Source: Hemiscyllium ocellatum
Lineage: Eukaryota
DNA length: 64,000 nucleotides
Assembly: GCF_020745735.1 (NCBI RefSeq)
Contig: NW_026867487.1
Location: 2,604,001-2,668,000 of the forward strand
Direction of reading: 5' to 3'
The notes below the pieces were generated by a model that saw only the letters and a list, made by a program, of their open reading frames with translations, ran no database searches and had not been told where the DNA came from. Both the position numbers and the translations under genes were made by a program. Below, in pieces: positions 61,760 to 64,000 of this stretch. The first letter of the stretch is position 1. Each line of letters starts with the position of its first letter.

Positions 61760-64000
61760 GCTCATTGTGAATGGAATTGGCTGTTGAACTTTATTACAAG
61801 TTATCTGGCAGGTTCAAATCCCCAGCCCATGGAGTCTGTCAGAATGATAGTGTGAAGACTTTGAGAAGTGACAGCCCTGGTTAATGTTTCCCACTCCTTA
61901 TTGAAATGGTCACTGTTTGGTGACCTGTACTGGTTTAGGTTGAAATGCCCTGATCTCACAGTTTGACCCTCACCACTTGGCTTTGACTCAAGTTGACAAG
62001 AATGTGACGATTATTTGTCACCCATGGGGGCCACCACCTTGATCTAATACAGTAGGATTTGGTCTCTTTCTTCAATGATATTGGTCCTGAGGCAAGTTGG
62101 TAATTCAGGCCATAAGGACTTATCTGGTGCCCTGTACAATCCGGTAGGTTTTGGGTAGAAACACAGGACAGTAAAATTGGAGAAGTTCCCTTCAATCCTG
62201 GATACTGACAATGGTCAATGAAAGGTACATGATGTTCACAAGGAATTCAAATTGACAAAGTTCTTTTTAATGTCTCTATGAGGGTATATGGAGTGAACTG
62301 CCCATCACCCTGTGATTTCACCATTTTACAATGACATGGGGAGTGCTTCTGACCCTGTGAGGATTGATTGTGGGAGAGCAAACATTAAGACTTGGTCATT
62401 AATAGAATGATCAATGCTAATCTGGAAGGAAATTGCTCAACATCTTGCCTGAAAGGCAAGTGAGGGAGACAGAACATCTGAAGCTAATAACAGGCGTCAC
62501 CCTGTCAGACACTGTCCTGAAAATCATCTCAAACTGCAGTGAAAGGAGTTGGTACACAATGTTCATGAATGGTTTTGACCAGGACACAGACAGAGTCATC
62601 ATTCTCTCTGCAAGTATTAACTCAATATGATATCAACAGAGAACAATCAGTGTGGATCAAAGCAGATCCCCCAGTTGTGGTTTGCACAGTGAATGTGTTT
62701 GTACACTGATTGGGTACAGAACACACAGGGTTCTGCAGGATATCTGAAGTGACGGTGATCCTATGACAGGCAACTAAGAAGAAGGACATATGACGAATTC
62801 AGCGAATCATTATCCTCCCAGTCTAATAGCTCTTGAATGAAATTAGAGAAGAAGAGGAACATATTATGTACAAATGATACCAACCTCCAACAAGAGAGGA
62901 CTTTTATTAATTCCTATGACACACCGGGTTTACTGCCCCAATACAAAAATGAACCAACTTCCTTCAGGCATGATCATCAGTGATATGTTGCATTTACATT
63001 TCCTCAAATGTGATAAAACATTCCAAGCTGGTAAAAAGCCAGAGAGGAATTGGTACTGAGCCAAAAAATGGTGGAATTAGGATATGACTAAAAGTGAGGT
63101 GATTTTTAACAGTGTCTTGAAGTGGAAGAGAGATAGAGAGAGAACAGGTCACTGAGGGTTAGGCAGTAAGTTCCACAGATTCGGATCTGGCCACCAATGT
63201 TTGGACAAAGGGAACAGAGGATTCACACCCTGAGTTGTACAGAGTTTCCAGATTGTTATAGAGCTGAAGAAGATTACAGATAGAGGAAAGGCCAAGGCAA
63301 TGGACATTAGGATGAGAATCATAAAACAGAAACTTCCAGTGTTGACCTGAATGAGAGGAAAAGTAAAGAACGATTTGCATTAATATATCGTTTTCACAAC
63401 CACATGACATCATTAAGTGCTTCATAGCCAGTTAAGTATTTTAATGTGAAGTCACTCTTATAATGTGGAAAGAAAACATGACAGCCAACCTGTACAGAAT
63501 GACCCAGTGAGTGAATGATAAAATTGGCCAGAACATCAGCAACAACCTTCCTGCTTTTCTGCAGAATAGTGCTCTGCCATCTGTACCTTCCACTTGACAC
63601 AGCAGGTGGGACCTCATTTTCATTTCTCATCCAAAGACAACACCTCTGACAGTGCAGCACTCCCTTTGGTCTGCCCTGAATTGCCAGCTTTGAGATTTGT
63701 ACCCAAGTGGGATATGAGCCAACAATGCCAACACAGAGGTGCCAGCAACAGTGTTTGGTTGAAAGAAATGGGCTTCTTTTTGATTTGGTGTACTCAACGT
63801 CAGGAATCAATCCACTGTCACAGAAAATTGATAAAGAACTTGTTCAGTTGTTCATTTTGCTGAGCAGTTTGTATCTCTGTCTCACTGCATTTCACAAATC
63901 AGAGATTACATTTCTTAATCCTGTTGTTTCTGAAAACTGCTCAGCCCATAACTCAATTACAGTCCTCGCAGTGGATTTTTGATCACAGACATGGTAAACA

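Noticed and set aside
61760-64000. IgW CH3 or transmembrane exons
   Set aside because: No open C1-set exon or TM motif was found; if present they lie beyond the window.

Overview
This is vertebrate (cartilaginous fish, shark-like) genomic DNA, mostly decayed retroelements. The one intact host gene is a germline, unrearranged immunoglobulin heavy-chain cluster on the + strand, best matching IgW. Its layout is leader (49538-49583), V (49706-50008), D1 (50414-50432), D2 (50837-50849), J (51233-51282), an ~8 kb intron, CH1 (59257-59571), CH2 (60803-61108), and a separate cysteine-rich secretory-tail exon (61608-61759). The RSS set is complete (23; 12/23; 12/12; 23) and every splice junction is phase-compatible, so a 2-C-domain secreted 'short' IgW can be assembled entirely inside this window. 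A 2.7 kb minisatellite abuts the V promoter. The upstream 46 kb holds two Gmr1-type Gypsy elements (integrase before RT) and a truncated class I (epsilon-like) endogenous retrovirus. That retrovirus has a tRNA-Leu PBS and a probable 2H-phosphoesterase domain between protease and RT. The upstream region also has a fold-back Penelope insertion with a 14-bp TSD, several minimal hammerhead ribozyme cores, many CR1/L2-type LINE and HE1-type SINE fragments, a Tigger-like MITE and G-rich tandem repeats. All family assignments come from motif recognition by eye; no database search was run, and repeat boundaries are approximate.
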